Shown here piece after piece: positions 1 through 10,143 of a stretch of 58,483 bases of DNA. Each line of letters begins with the position of its first letter. Position 1 is the first letter of the stretch. The notes under the pieces are model-generated. The model ran no database searches, had not been told where the DNA came from, and saw only the letters and a program-made list of their open reading frames with translations. Made by a program: the position numbers and the translations under genes. Source of the DNA: Sphingobacteriia bacterium (GTDB lineage Bacteria > Bacteroidota > Bacteroidia > J057 > RFSG01); the NCBI GenBank assembly GCA_009924095.1, contig RFSG01000003.1, positions 1-58,483 of the forward strand, given 5' to 3'.

Positions 1-173
1 CCTTGCCTATTGGACTCACTTTTTTGGGTAATAATCCTTATTATTTTATATTTCTGGATATTGCCTATATCTTATAATTTCTGTTCATCTTTTGGGAAGT
101 ACTTAAATATTTAATAAAACCTAGTTACATCAATACAGATATCATCTCTGCCTCCGCTTGTGGCTACTTATTA

Positions 174-446
174 TTGATTGAAATTTTTACATTTTTATTA
201 CAGTATTTTGTTAATCAAGATCCAGAATTAATTACTGGAATAGACTTTTCTGATCCGGCTGCCACCTACATGGATTTGGTGTATTTCAGTTCCATTACCA
301 TTACCAGTATTGGATTTGGGGATATAACTCCTAATTCCCATCACACCAAACTGATTACTTCCTTTTTCGGTATTGTCGGTCAGTTTTATTCTGTGGTGTT
401 AGTGGGTATTTTAATTAGTAAATTCACATCCGGAAATTCCAAATGA
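174..446 (+). CDS. Potassium-channel pore-domain protein (TM-P-loop-TM type); true N-terminus unresolved
   Basis: Carries the K+ selectivity-filter signature in ...SSITITSIGFGDITP..., followed by a hydrophobic helix (FFGIVGQFYSVVLVGILI). The frame is open back to nt 78 with no ATG/GTG. A different frame (nt 1-111) encodes another TM-like stretch, so the gene probably enters from the 5' edge and is frameshifted. Confidence 0.6.
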   Translation: MIEIFTFLLQYFVNQDPELITGIDFSDPAATYMDLVYFSSITITSIGFGDITPNSHHTKLITSFFGIVGQFYSVVLVGILISKFTSGNSK

Positions 447-514
447 AAAACAAAATCGGAACCAAAGAAAATCCTTTAGCTTTAAAAACACCTCCATTAA
501 CCTCTTAATATACT

Positions 515-850
515 ATGCATGTTGATGAAAAAGACGGCAAAGAAGTATTAGTTTGTACGGTAGGTAAAACGGTATTACTTTACGACATCCGCTGTCTTGA
601 AGACCTTCATACCATGCTTAAAAAACATGGAGACTGGATGGAGCTTGGAAGTGCCGACGAACAGAAACCAGCAAAAGACGGAACTGTTGAAGCCTGGGGG
701 CGTTCAGAAAATAACCCCGTTGGAGGTTGGGATGGACTAAAAAAAGGACTTCGCGGACGCTTCGGAATGTATATTCCACCCTTAATGGAAGCACTGGGTT
801 TAGCAGAAGTAACACACGATCCCAAGGGAAATAAAATGAGAGCAAAATAA
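515..850 (+). CDS. Conserved hypothetical protein (from memory, resembles the DUF6855 family); 5' part cut off by an in-frame TAA
   Basis: 111-aa ORF (MHVDEKDGKEVLVCTVGKTVLLYD...GLRGRFGMYIPPLMEALGLAEV). The same frame also holds ATG(443)+20 codons (MKNKIGTKENPLALKTPPLTS), then TAA at 506-508, two more codons, and the ATG at 515. It looks more G+C-rich than its neighbours. Confidence 0.6.
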   Translation: MHVDEKDGKEVLVCTVGKTVLLYDIRCLEDLHTMLKKHGDWMELGSADEQKPAKDGTVEAWGRSENNPVGGWDGLKKGLRGRFGMYIPPLMEALGLAEVTHDPKGNKMRAK

Positions 851-1007
851 AAGTGTATAAAGAAGAATCACTGCTATTCTGCGAGGTTTTGTATAGAAGC
901 GACGCCGCTCACATCTCTAATTGCTACTTCTCAATATTAATAGGTATTATTTCAATTTAATATTCCATTTATAATTTACATTAATATGGGGAGCCTTCAA
1001 CCAAAGT

Positions 1008-1313
1008 ATGAAAACGAAAAGTAAAAACATGATAACTCTTGAGGAGTTTAAAGAAAAGAATTATGGAAAGCGCAGCACAAAAGCTCGCGAAGAACTTGAG
1101 GCGGGTTATGATAGCTTCAAAATCGGAGCTTTAATTCATGACAAACGAATAGAAATGGGCATGACTCAAGAGGAACTTGCGGAGAAAGTAGGTACTACTA
1201 AATCTTACATTTCTAAAATTGAAAATAATATTAAAGAAGCCCGAATTTCTACGCTTCAAAAAATAGTTGAGCTAGGATTTGGAGGTCATTTAGTATTATC
1301 CATAAAATTCTAA
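1008..1313 (+). CDS. XRE-family helix-turn-helix protein (HigA-type antitoxin-like)
   Basis: Classic HTH_3 core: GMTQEELAEKVGTTKSYISKIENNIKEARISTLQKI. Its size (101 aa) and N-terminal lead-in are typical of Bacteroidota HigA-like antidotes. Confidence 0.8.
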   Translation: MKTKSKNMITLEEFKEKNYGKRSTKAREELEAGYDSFKIGALIHDKRIEMGMTQEELAEKVGTTKSYISKIENNIKEARISTLQKIVELGFGGHLVLSIKF

Positions 1314-1652
1314 TTTAAGATTTGATTATCTAAAGAAATTCATAAATAATCACGTGGGCGCCATTATCGGCATAGGCTAAACAATTACAAGTTCGCACTA
1401 AAAGAGTTTAATAATTCGATAAATAATCCAAATCGATATTCCCCCTATTTTTCATGCAGCTGGGTTTTGATTTAAAGAAGTTTACCTATTCAACAACTAA
1501 TCTACTTATAAACTTTCCCTCGTAAATTAAACCTTAATTCACCTAAATTTTTTGTATTGCTGCAATCTTCCCAATTATAGTGAATCTTTTTTGCTAAAAA
1601 TCTATTTATACAACATACAAATTATAAGGGTACTTCAACCTTTATAAACCTT

Positions 1653-1922
1653 ATGGAACAAAAAGACATCGATAGAATTATTGAAATGGCTTGGGAAGAC
1701 CGTACTCCATTTGAAGCAATTAAAATACAATTTAATTTTAGCGAAGCCGACGTAATTGCTTTAATGCGAAAAAAATTAAAACGAAGCAGTTTTAATTTGT
1801 GGAGAAAGCGGGTAAATAGTGGTGTAAGTCAAAAACATGCGCTGAAAAGAAATCCTGATATATCCCGATTCAAATGCAGTCTTCAAAAATCAATTTCATT
1901 GAATAAAATAAGCAAACGATAA
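1653..1922 (+). CDS. TIGR03643/DUF2805-family small protein
   Basis: IDRIIEMAWEDRTPFEAIKIQFNFSEADVIALMRKKLKRSSFNLWRKRV matches my recollection of the DUF2805 signature. Its stop TAA (1920-1922) abuts the next ATG (1923). Confidence 0.7.
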   Translation: MEQKDIDRIIEMAWEDRTPFEAIKIQFNFSEADVIALMRKKLKRSSFNLWRKRVNSGVSQKHALKRNPDISRFKCSLQKSISLNKISKR

Positions 1923-3017
1923 ATGGATTTGAAATTTCCAACTGATTATAAAACGATACTGAATAAATTAGATCAAATTGATCCTATTCAGTATGGTAAA
2001 ACCAGAAATTATATAAATGGTGCAGTTACTTATTTGTCCCCTTACATTTCTCGTGGCGTAATCAGCACTAAACAAGTTCTTATTTATCTGATTGCTAAAG
2101 GATATAATATTCCACAGATGGAATCCTTTGTGAAAGAGCTGTGTTGGCGAGATTATTTTCAACGCGTAGGACAGCATAAAAATTTAAATCTGGATATTAA
2201 ACAAGCACAAAGCTCAATTCTACATTATGAAATTCCAGTGCAAATCATAAATGTGAATTCAGGAATAACAGGAATAGATAATTCCATTCAACAATTATAC
2301 AACACTGGATATATGCACAATCATTGCCGCATGTATACTGCATCGTTGATATGTAATATAGCGAAATCGCATTGGTTGCATCCTGCACAATGGATGTATT
2401 ATCATTTGTTGGATGGGGATTGGGCAAGCAATGCATCTAGTTGGCAATGGGTTGCCGGTGCAAATAGTAATAAAAAATATTATGCCAATCAGGAAAATGT
2501 AAATAAATATTCTTTCACCCAACAGACCAATAGTTTTTTGGATTATCCGTATGAAAAGATTGAGCAAATGGAAGTACCTGAATCATTAATAAAAACTCAA
2601 AAATTAGAACTTGAAACCCAATTACCGATATCCGATATACTAACACTGGATACTAATTTGCCTACCTATATTTACAATTATTATAACCTGGATCCAGTTT
2701 GGCATTCAGAAGAATCAGGCAACAGGATTTTATTATTAGAACCAGATTTTTTTAGAGCTTATCCTATAAGTAAAAAATGTATGGATTTTATGCTGGACTT
2801 GTGTAAAAATATTCCCCAAATTCAGGTTTTTGTCGGTTCTTTTGAATCGCTTTGTAATCAGTATAATTTACAAAATATCGTTTATAAAGAACATCCGCTA
2901 AATATTGGATATACTGGCATTGAAGAGCCTAGAGATTGGATTGCAGAAAAAGTAACTGGATATTATCCTTCCTTTTTTTCTTATTGGAAAAAAGTAGAAA
3001 AGTATTTACTTAATTAA
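1923..3017 (+). CDS. Photolyase/cryptochrome-family FAD-binding-domain protein lacking the usual N-terminal alpha/beta domain
   Basis: FAD_binding_7 hallmarks are present: TYLSPYISRGVIS, CWRDYFQRV, HNHCRMYTASL, DGDWASNASSWQWVAGA. The ORF cannot extend upstream because of the stop of the preceding gene. Confidence 0.85.
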   Translation: MDLKFPTDYKTILNKLDQIDPIQYGKTRNYINGAVTYLSPYISRGVISTKQVLIYLIAKGYNIPQMESFVKELCWRDYFQRVGQHKNLNLDIKQAQSSILHYEIPVQIINVNSGITGIDNSIQQLYNTGYMHNHCRMYTASLICNIAKSHWLHPAQWMYYHLLDGDWASNASSWQWVAGANSNKKYYANQENVNKYSFTQQTNSFLDYPYEKIEQMEVPESLIKTQKLELETQLPISDILTLDTNLPTYIYNYYNLDPVWHSEESGNRILLLEPDFFRAYPISKKCMDFMLDLCKNIPQIQVFVGSFESLCNQYNLQNIVYKEHPLNIGYTGIEEPRDWIAEKVTGYYPSFFSYWKKVEKYLLN

Positions 3018-3038
3018 TAGATAAATTAATAAATAAAC

Positions 3039-3647
3039 ATGATTATTAATAAACAAGATATAGAACAATTTGAACAGCGTTACCGAACTGCTTTTGTAAA
3101 TTCTTTGGCAGGATTTCGTCAGGCAGTATTAATTGGAACGAAATCGGTTGAGGGCAATACAAATCTTGCAATATTTAATTCACTAATTCACTTGGGTGCT
3201 AATCCAGCTTTATTTGGATTAATCAACAGACCCGATAGTGTGCAGCGACATACTTTACAGAATATTCTAGACCTTAAAGAATATACAATTAATTATGTTT
3301 CTGCTGCCTTATATGAAAAGGCACATCAAACATCTGCTCGGTACGAAAAAGGTATTTCTGAATTTGAGGAAGTAGGTTTTAAGGAGATGTATCATCTCTC
3401 CTGCAAAGCGCCATTTGTAGAAGAAGCTATTGTTAAAATTGCTATGCAATTGGAAGATATTATTCCTATCCCCCTAAATGGAACTATACTGATTATAGGT
3501 AGTATTAAGCAAATTGAAATAGAGGCTGCTATGATTGGTGAGGATGGATTTGTAGCTTTATCTGATGCTGAAATATTAATTAGCCAAGGGCTTGATGCTT
3601 ACTTTGTTTCAAAAAAGTTAGGTCGTTTGCCATATGCAAAACCCTAA
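3039..3647 (+). CDS. Flavin reductase-like (FMN-binding split-barrel) protein
   Basis: The N-terminal FVNSLAGFRQAVLIGTKSVEGNTNLAIFNSLIHLGANPALFGLINRP pattern is typical of the Flavin_Reduct family. It lies 21 nt downstream of the photolyase-like gene on the same strand. Confidence 0.6.
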   Translation: MIINKQDIEQFEQRYRTAFVNSLAGFRQAVLIGTKSVEGNTNLAIFNSLIHLGANPALFGLINRPDSVQRHTLQNILDLKEYTINYVSAALYEKAHQTSARYEKGISEFEEVGFKEMYHLSCKAPFVEEAIVKIAMQLEDIIPIPLNGTILIIGSIKQIEIEAAMIGEDGFVALSDAEILISQGLDAYFVSKKLGRLPYAKP

Positions 3648-4098
3648 AGACAAGCGGATTTTATAAACTGAGGTTAACAATAAACCCTCAATATCAAATA
3701 ATTAGGCGACCCAAAAATAATTTAGCGCTATTGGGTATTAACCCTTGCACTATTCCTATCCCTTCGTATTATGGAAAAATAAAAATCCTGCTTGGTTTTA
3801 GCTAGATCCATACTTCTATTTTTTAGGAGAATCAAAATTGCTATCTTAAAGTATATAAATCTTAACCTTGGTAACAAGAGCCTAAAAAGCGGGCAAATTG
3901 GAGGAAATATTATTCTATCCTTTTAATAAACCCAAATTGAATGAGAAAATAAGCGCAGTATTGCAATAAAAATTGACCAAATAAAAAAGGTAATTGAATC
4001 AAGTGAATTATTTCCAACTGAATATTTTTAAGATTTTATTTTAAATTATTTTTATAAAAATATTTATAAAATAAAACTGAATTTAAATCTATTCATCA

Positions 4099-4545
4099 AT
4101 GAAAGTTGAAGCCAAAGTAATCATCAACAGCAACAATACCGAGGTTTGGAATACGATTACAAATATTCGACAAACTGCAAAAATAATCAGGGGTATCGAA
4201 AAGATTGAAATTCTCAACGAACCCCTAAACGGACTTGTGGGGCTGAAATGGACAGAGACTAGAATGTATTTTGGAAAACCTTCTGCCATAGACAAGTGGA
4301 TTACTGAAGCTATTGAAAATAAGTACTTCAAAACAAAAGCAGAAATGGAGGGATTTATTTTTATAACTACGATGACTATTTCCAAGAGCGGGGACAGAGT
4401 AATACTAACAAGTACCCATGAGACTCAATCCCAAGGGATCCTGGCGAAGATAAAATCTCTCCCAATGATGTTTTTTAAAGGAATGTTAAAAAAAGCTATT
4501 CTGCAAGACCTAATGGATATTAAGAAGGCAATTGAACAAAGTTAA
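4099..4545 (+). CDS. SRPBCC-superfamily (START/polyketide-cyclase-like) protein
   Basis: 148-aa protein. Its beginning, MKVEAKVIINSNNTEVWNTITNI..., and its length are typical of SRPBCC ligand-binding proteins. This is a by-eye assignment only. Confidence 0.5.
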   Translation: MKVEAKVIINSNNTEVWNTITNIRQTAKIIRGIEKIEILNEPLNGLVGLKWTETRMYFGKPSAIDKWITEAIENKYFKTKAEMEGFIFITTMTISKSGDRVILTSTHETQSQGILAKIKSLPMMFFKGMLKKAILQDLMDIKKAIEQS

Positions 4546-4830
4546 ATACCATCATGCCTAACAAAAATGTATTTTAATCTTCCATATGATTCTTCAAAAT
4601 CAGTACTTATTTAAGGATAGCCTTCAAGATAATTCAAAAATTTCTAGAAAAAGGATAATGCTTCAACCTCATCTTAAATTTAATCATATTATGGATAACC
4701 AATAAGTTAAGATAAATGTTTAAAAATAAAACACCAATAGAAATGATAATATTTCCAATTGAATGGAATTGATTTTTATTACTTTGTGTTAAAACGTAAA
4801 TATTTTCGAAATCCACTTGATATCATTATT

Positions 4831-5145
4831 ATGGCATTGAAAAAAAAATCCCTCACTTCGGTATCTAATTCCATTGAACCCATGACCAAAATTTTGCGAT
4901 TATTAGGTCATCCTTTACGTTTACAAACTGTATTTCTCTTGCATCAGGAAGGAGATTTGTCTGCAGGTGATTTATGTAAGCATTTAAATTCTGAACAAAC
5001 CCTGATGTCTCATCACTTAGGCGATTTGCGAAAAGTTGGAATCTTAGGTGCCCGGAGAGATGGTAAATCCATAATTTATTCTCTTCGATATCCGGGTTTA
5101 CCAGCTGCCATTCAATCGCTGACCCAATTATCAAACCACGCCTAA
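4831..5145 (+). CDS. ArsR/SmtB-family transcriptional regulator
   Basis: ILRLLGHPLRLQTVFLLHQEGDLSAGDLCKHLNSEQTLMSHHLGDLRKVGILGARRDGKSIIYSL is a canonical HTH_5 winged helix. I moved the start to the ATG at 4831 (MALKKK...) because the TTG-type extension from 4759 looks non-coding. Confidence 0.85.
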   Translation: MALKKKSLTSVSNSIEPMTKILRLLGHPLRLQTVFLLHQEGDLSAGDLCKHLNSEQTLMSHHLGDLRKVGILGARRDGKSIIYSLRYPGLPAAIQSLTQLSNHA

Positions 5146-5264
5146 AAATTACCAATTCGGGAAATTTTACACCAAAAAGGCGGTATTAATCGTTTAGCAG
5201 GTGATATTCGTTAGCGGATATATGATTAATTTCGCATTAATAACCTGAATAGATTAAGATCACC

Positions 5265-6758
5265 ATGAAACAATTCATTACCGTGTTATTCCTGCTGGTC
5301 GCTTTTTGCAGTCAGGCGGGAGCCCAATCCAAGGGATATCAATATCGAGTAAAAATTAAAGGCCTTCAAACCGGCGACACTTGTTTCCTCGCCAATTATT
5401 ACGGAAACAAACAGTACCTCGCCGACACTGCCATTATTGATGGAAAAGGTTGGTTAACCTACGAAGGCAAAGAACCTTTACCTGCCGGACTATACCTCGT
5501 TGTACTTCCCTCTAAAACCTATTTTGAATTTGTAATTAATGAACCCCAATTTTCATTAGAAACGGATACTTTAAATTTTGTAACTGGAATGAAAGTAATT
5601 GGTTCAGAAGAGAATCGAATATTTTATGACTTCTTAAAATATTCCGGTTCCCGTCAGGCACAAATGCAAGAATTAGGGAAAGTTTATCCTCGTTATAAAG
5701 AAGAAGGGAAAACTGATTCTATGGATTATGTGCAAAGAACTTATACCGCCTTGGAAAAGGAGGTTAATGATTATAAGGAAAAAATATATAAGGAACATCC
5801 GGATAAATTAATTACCAAAATTTTTATTGCCATGAAAGATCCGGAAATTCCAGAGCCAACTCCCGGACCGGATGGCAAAATTGATTCTACTTTTAAATAC
5901 CGGTTCTATAAAGACAATTATTTTAAATATATGTCTTTAGAAGATGAAAGATTATTACGCAGTCCGGTATTTCACAATAAATTAAATTATTTTTTCACTA
6001 AAGTATTACCCCAAATACCCGATACCTTGATTAAGGAAGCAGATCGGGTAATTCAAATGACCAATGGGAATAAAGAGACCTTTAAATATGTGGTATTTTA
6101 TTTAACCAACACCTACGAAACCTCTGAAATCATGGGAATGGATGCCGTATTTGTACATATGGCAAATACCTATTATAAAACAGGTAGAGCGTATTGGGTA
6201 GATACAGCACAAGTGCGTAAAATAGGAGAAAGAGCAGATATTTTAGGTCCCTTATTAATTGGAAAAATAGCGCCTAATCTAACTTTACCCGATACCTTAA
6301 ATAAACCTCAAACCTTACATGCCATTAATAAACCGCATACTATTTTGGTTTTTTGGGATCCTAAATGTGGACATTGTAAAACCACTATACCTAAATTGTA
6401 TGCCTTGTACGATAGTTTATTAAAACATGGACATGCCGTTGAAACTTATTCCGTTTGTATTGAACCCGATGAGAAGGTATTAAATGATTTTATTCGGGAA
6501 AATAAATTAACCTGGATTAATGTGCATGTATTAGAACCAAAATGGGAGAACTATCAAAAGTTCTATGATGCAAATGGATTAGATTATATCAAAAATAAAT
6601 ATTTGGTAGATCAATTAAATTTAAGAATTGGCTATGATATTTATTCTACACCGGTAATTTATTTATTGGATGAAAAGAAACAAATATTAGCTAAAAAATT
6701 AGATGTAGAAGGCCTTAGGGAATTATTGAAATACCGGTATGAACAGGGATTTAAGTAA
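5265..6758 (+). CDS. Secreted TlpA/thioredoxin-fold thiol:disulfide oxidoreductase with a long N-terminal domain
   Basis: Has a signal peptide (MKQFITVLFLLVAFCSQAGA) and a C-terminal thioredoxin fold with the WDPKCGHCK CxxC motif. Confidence 0.8.
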   Translation: MKQFITVLFLLVAFCSQAGAQSKGYQYRVKIKGLQTGDTCFLANYYGNKQYLADTAIIDGKGWLTYEGKEPLPAGLYLVVLPSKTYFEFVINEPQFSLETDTLNFVTGMKVIGSEENRIFYDFLKYSGSRQAQMQELGKVYPRYKEEGKTDSMDYVQRTYTALEKEVNDYKEKIYKEHPDKLITKIFIAMKDPEIPEPTPGPDGKIDSTFKYRFYKDNYFKYMSLEDERLLRSPVFHNKLNYFFTKVLPQIPDTLIKEADRVIQMTNGNKETFKYVVFYLTNTYETSEIMGMDAVFVHMANTYYKTGRAYWVDTAQVRKIGERADILGPLLIGKIAPNLTLPDTLNKPQTLHAINKPHTILVFWDPKCGHCKTTIPKLYALYDSLLKHGHAVETYSVCIEPDEKVLNDFIRENKLTWINVHVLEPKWENYQKFYDANGLDYIKNKYLVDQLNLRIGYDIYSTPVIYLLDEKKQILAKKLDVEGLRELLKYRYEQGFK

Positions 6759-6780
6759 TTAATCTCAAAATATTCTGAAT

Positions 6781-6811
6781 AAAAAAATCCCCTGAATTGG
6801 GGATTTTTTTT
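6781..6811. terminator. Bidirectional rho-independent terminator
   Basis: AAAAAAATCCCC-tgaatt-GGGGATTTTTTT: a GC stem with an A-run on one side and a T-run on the other, sitting between convergent genes. Confidence 0.7.
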
Positions 6812-6839
6812 GAGGGGGAATTAAAAAATCATGAATGAA

Positions 6840-7145
6840 TTAAATACTATCCCGAATAATTACAAACAAGTCTTCTTCGGGGCGTTTCATTAAATAATGT
6901 TCACGAGCATATTTTTCTACTTCTACATAATCCTCATGAAACACTTGTCGTTCTTCATTTACTTTATTAATCTCTTTTTTATAATATTCAATATCTTCTT
7001 GAAGTTTACGATTTTCAGCTCTCATTTTAATTTGAGAGATAAGATCATATTTATCAAAGAACATCATCCAAATAGCGGCAAATACCCCCGTTAAAAGGTA
7101 TCGGTTCCTCATCCACTTTAAATTAGAGAAAAAGGATTTTTTCAT
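6840..7145 (-). CDS. Septum formation initiator (FtsB/DivIC-family) protein
   Basis: Has a single N-terminal TM (LLTGVFAAIWMMFF), then a coiled coil (ENRKLQEDIEYYKKEINKVNEE), and a C-terminal EKYAREHYLMKRPEEDLFVI motif. It lies 3 nt downstream of eno. Confidence 0.7.
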   Translation of the reverse strand: MKKSFFSNLKWMRNRYLLTGVFAAIWMMFFDKYDLISQIKMRAENRKLQEDIEYYKKEINKVNEERQVFHEDYVEVEKYAREHYLMKRPEEDLFVIIRDSI

Positions 7146-7148
7146 GAA

Positions 7149-8444
<1,296 letters not shown>

Positions 8445-8563
8445 TTAGTAATTGTAACGCGAAATTAATCAATCCCAAAATACTATCCGAGTTTATCTTT
8501 CCACTTTTGTAGGAGATAATAGACGGATAAAAGCATCCTAATCCTGAATTAGTAACTATTTAT

Positions 8564-9064
8564 ATGAATAATACCATCCTCAAGATTCAAAAAGCTGAAA
8601 TATCCGATGTTTCTTCCCTTCAGGAAATGGGCATTGCAATGGCTTTAGAAACAGAAGGAATTTCTTTAAACCCCAAGGTCATTCAACCAGGAGTAGAATA
8701 TGTAATTCATCATCCCAATGCTGGATTTTATTTGATCGCTAGAAATGGAAATGAAATTGCAGGCTCATTGATGGTAACTCCGGAATGGAGTGATTGGAGA
8801 AATACCTGGATTTGGTGGATTCAAAGTGTGTATGTGTATCCTCGTTTTAGAAAGATGGGAGTTTATCGGCAATTACATACTACAGTTTTGGAAATGGCAA
8901 AACAAGAAAGGGTTCCGATCTTACGCTTGTATGTGATACAGGAGAATACAAAAGCCCAAAACACTTATCAATCTTGTGGAATGCAGGCCTCGGCCTATCA
9001 ATTATGGGAACAGGAAGTGAGCCTCAATTCTGAAGCACCCGATGGGCTTCCATTAGTTCCTTGA
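8564..9064 (+). CDS. GNAT-family N-acetyltransferase
   Basis: Acetyl-CoA binding motif A, VYVYPRFRKMGVYRQLH, in a 166-aa protein. Its 3' tail overlaps the convergent carA by 41 nt. Confidence 0.7.
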   Translation: MNNTILKIQKAEISDVSSLQEMGIAMALETEGISLNPKVIQPGVEYVIHHPNAGFYLIARNGNEIAGSLMVTPEWSDWRNTWIWWIQSVYVYPRFRKMGVYRQLHTTVLEMAKQERVPILRLYVIQENTKAQNTYQSCGMQASAYQLWEQEVSLNSEAPDGLPLVP

Positions 9065-10142
9065 ATTGTTGGAACAAATACCGACTATCCCAAGGTCCAG
9101 GAGCAGCTTCAGGATGAAACTGCACTGAAAAAACAGGTGCATTTTTATATCTAAATCCAGCTACTGAATTATCATTTAAGTGAACATGCGTTAGCTCTAA
9201 CTCAGGATGATTTTCCAATTCTTTGCGCGACACTGAGAACCCATGATTTTGAGAAGTTATCTCAGCTTTTCCAGTTTGTAAATTTATTACCGGATGATTT
9301 ATCCCTCTATGCCCATTAAACATTTTATAAGTAGGCACACCAGCAGCCAAAGCCAGAAGTTGATGTCCTAAACATATTCCAAACATAGGCTTACCGGTTT
9401 GAAACAACTTTTGTATTTGGGTAACTGCAAAATGCATAGCCCCTGGATCGCCCGGACCATTCGATAAAAAAAATCCATGGGGTTCCCATTGAATTAATTC
9501 CTCAGCAGGAGCGGTATTGGGAAACAACCGAACCTGAGCCCCTATCCTTTCTAAACACCGGATGATATTATGTTTGATACCAAAATCATACGCTGCAATT
9601 TTTAAACTCCCTGATCCAAAATCTTGAATAGAGGTAATGGATACAAGGGAAGATAAGTCAAGCCCTTCCATGGAAGGACACTCTTGTAATAATTGGGCCA
9701 ACTCATTTTGTTCCAAATATTCTGTTGAGATGATGGCATTGATAGCCCCTACATTCCGAATATGCCTGACCAATTCCCGGGTATCTATACCCGAAATGCC
9801 TGTAATATTCGCTTGGATTAATTCTTCTGCCAAAGATCCATCTGCTGAATGCCTCGAGTAATCAGGAGAAAAGGTTTTACATACCAAACCTGAAAGTTGA
9901 ATTCTATTGCTTTCGGCTTCTGATTTTTTGACCCCATAATTCCCGATATGGGTATGAGTCATAATTACAATTTGTCCGAAATAAGAAGGGTCCGAAAAAA
10001 TCTCTTGATATCCGGTCATGCCGGTATTAAAGCAGATTTCCCCCAGGGTGGTTCCGGGAACTCCAATCATCGACCCTATCCATCGAGTGCCATCGGAAAG
10101 TTGAAGTACAGCGGTGGGGGAAGAATTTTCCCGAATTACCAT
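9024..10142 (-). CDS. carA: Carbamoyl-phosphate synthase small (glutamine amidotransferase) subunit
   Basis: CPSase_sm_chain N-domain (FGQIVIMTHTHIGNYG) plus a class-I GATase with GICLGHQLL and FSVQFHPEA. Confidence 0.97.
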   Translation of the reverse strand: MVIRENSSPTAVLQLSDGTRWIGSMIGVPGTTLGEICFNTGMTGYQEIFSDPSYFGQIVIMTHTHIGNYGVKKSEAESNRIQLSGLVCKTFSPDYSRHSADGSLAEELIQANITGISGIDTRELVRHIRNVGAINAIISTEYLEQNELAQLLQECPSMEGLDLSSLVSITSIQDFGSGSLKIAAYDFGIKHNIIRCLERIGAQVRLFPNTAPAEELIQWEPHGFFLSNGPGDPGAMHFAVTQIQKLFQTGKPMFGICLGHQLLALAAGVPTYKMFNGHRGINHPVINLQTGKAEITSQNHGFSVSRKELENHPELELTHVHLNDNSVAGFRYKNAPVFSVQFHPEAAPGPWDSRYLFQQFKELMEAHRVLQN

Positions 10143-10143
10143 G

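Noticed and set aside
506-508. Considered whether the in-frame TAA is programmed readthrough or stop-codon reassignment
   Set aside because: TAA is used as an ordinary terminator by many well-supported genes in this window (for example at 848-850, 1920-1922, 14152-14154, 10144-10146). A nonsense mutation or base-call error is far more likely.
607-845. Considered the two antisense ORFs (72 and 75 aa) opposite the 515-850 gene
   Set aside because: They are entirely nested antisense to an ORF that has a conserved-looking protein sequence. I saw no independent support.
9024-9064. Considered the 41-nt convergent overlap of the GNAT ORF with the carA 3' end as significant
   Set aside because: The GNAT family motifs end well before the overlap. 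The tail (SLNSEAPDGLPLVP) is probably just run-on until the first stop. Convergent 3' overlaps of this size are not unusual in compact genomes.
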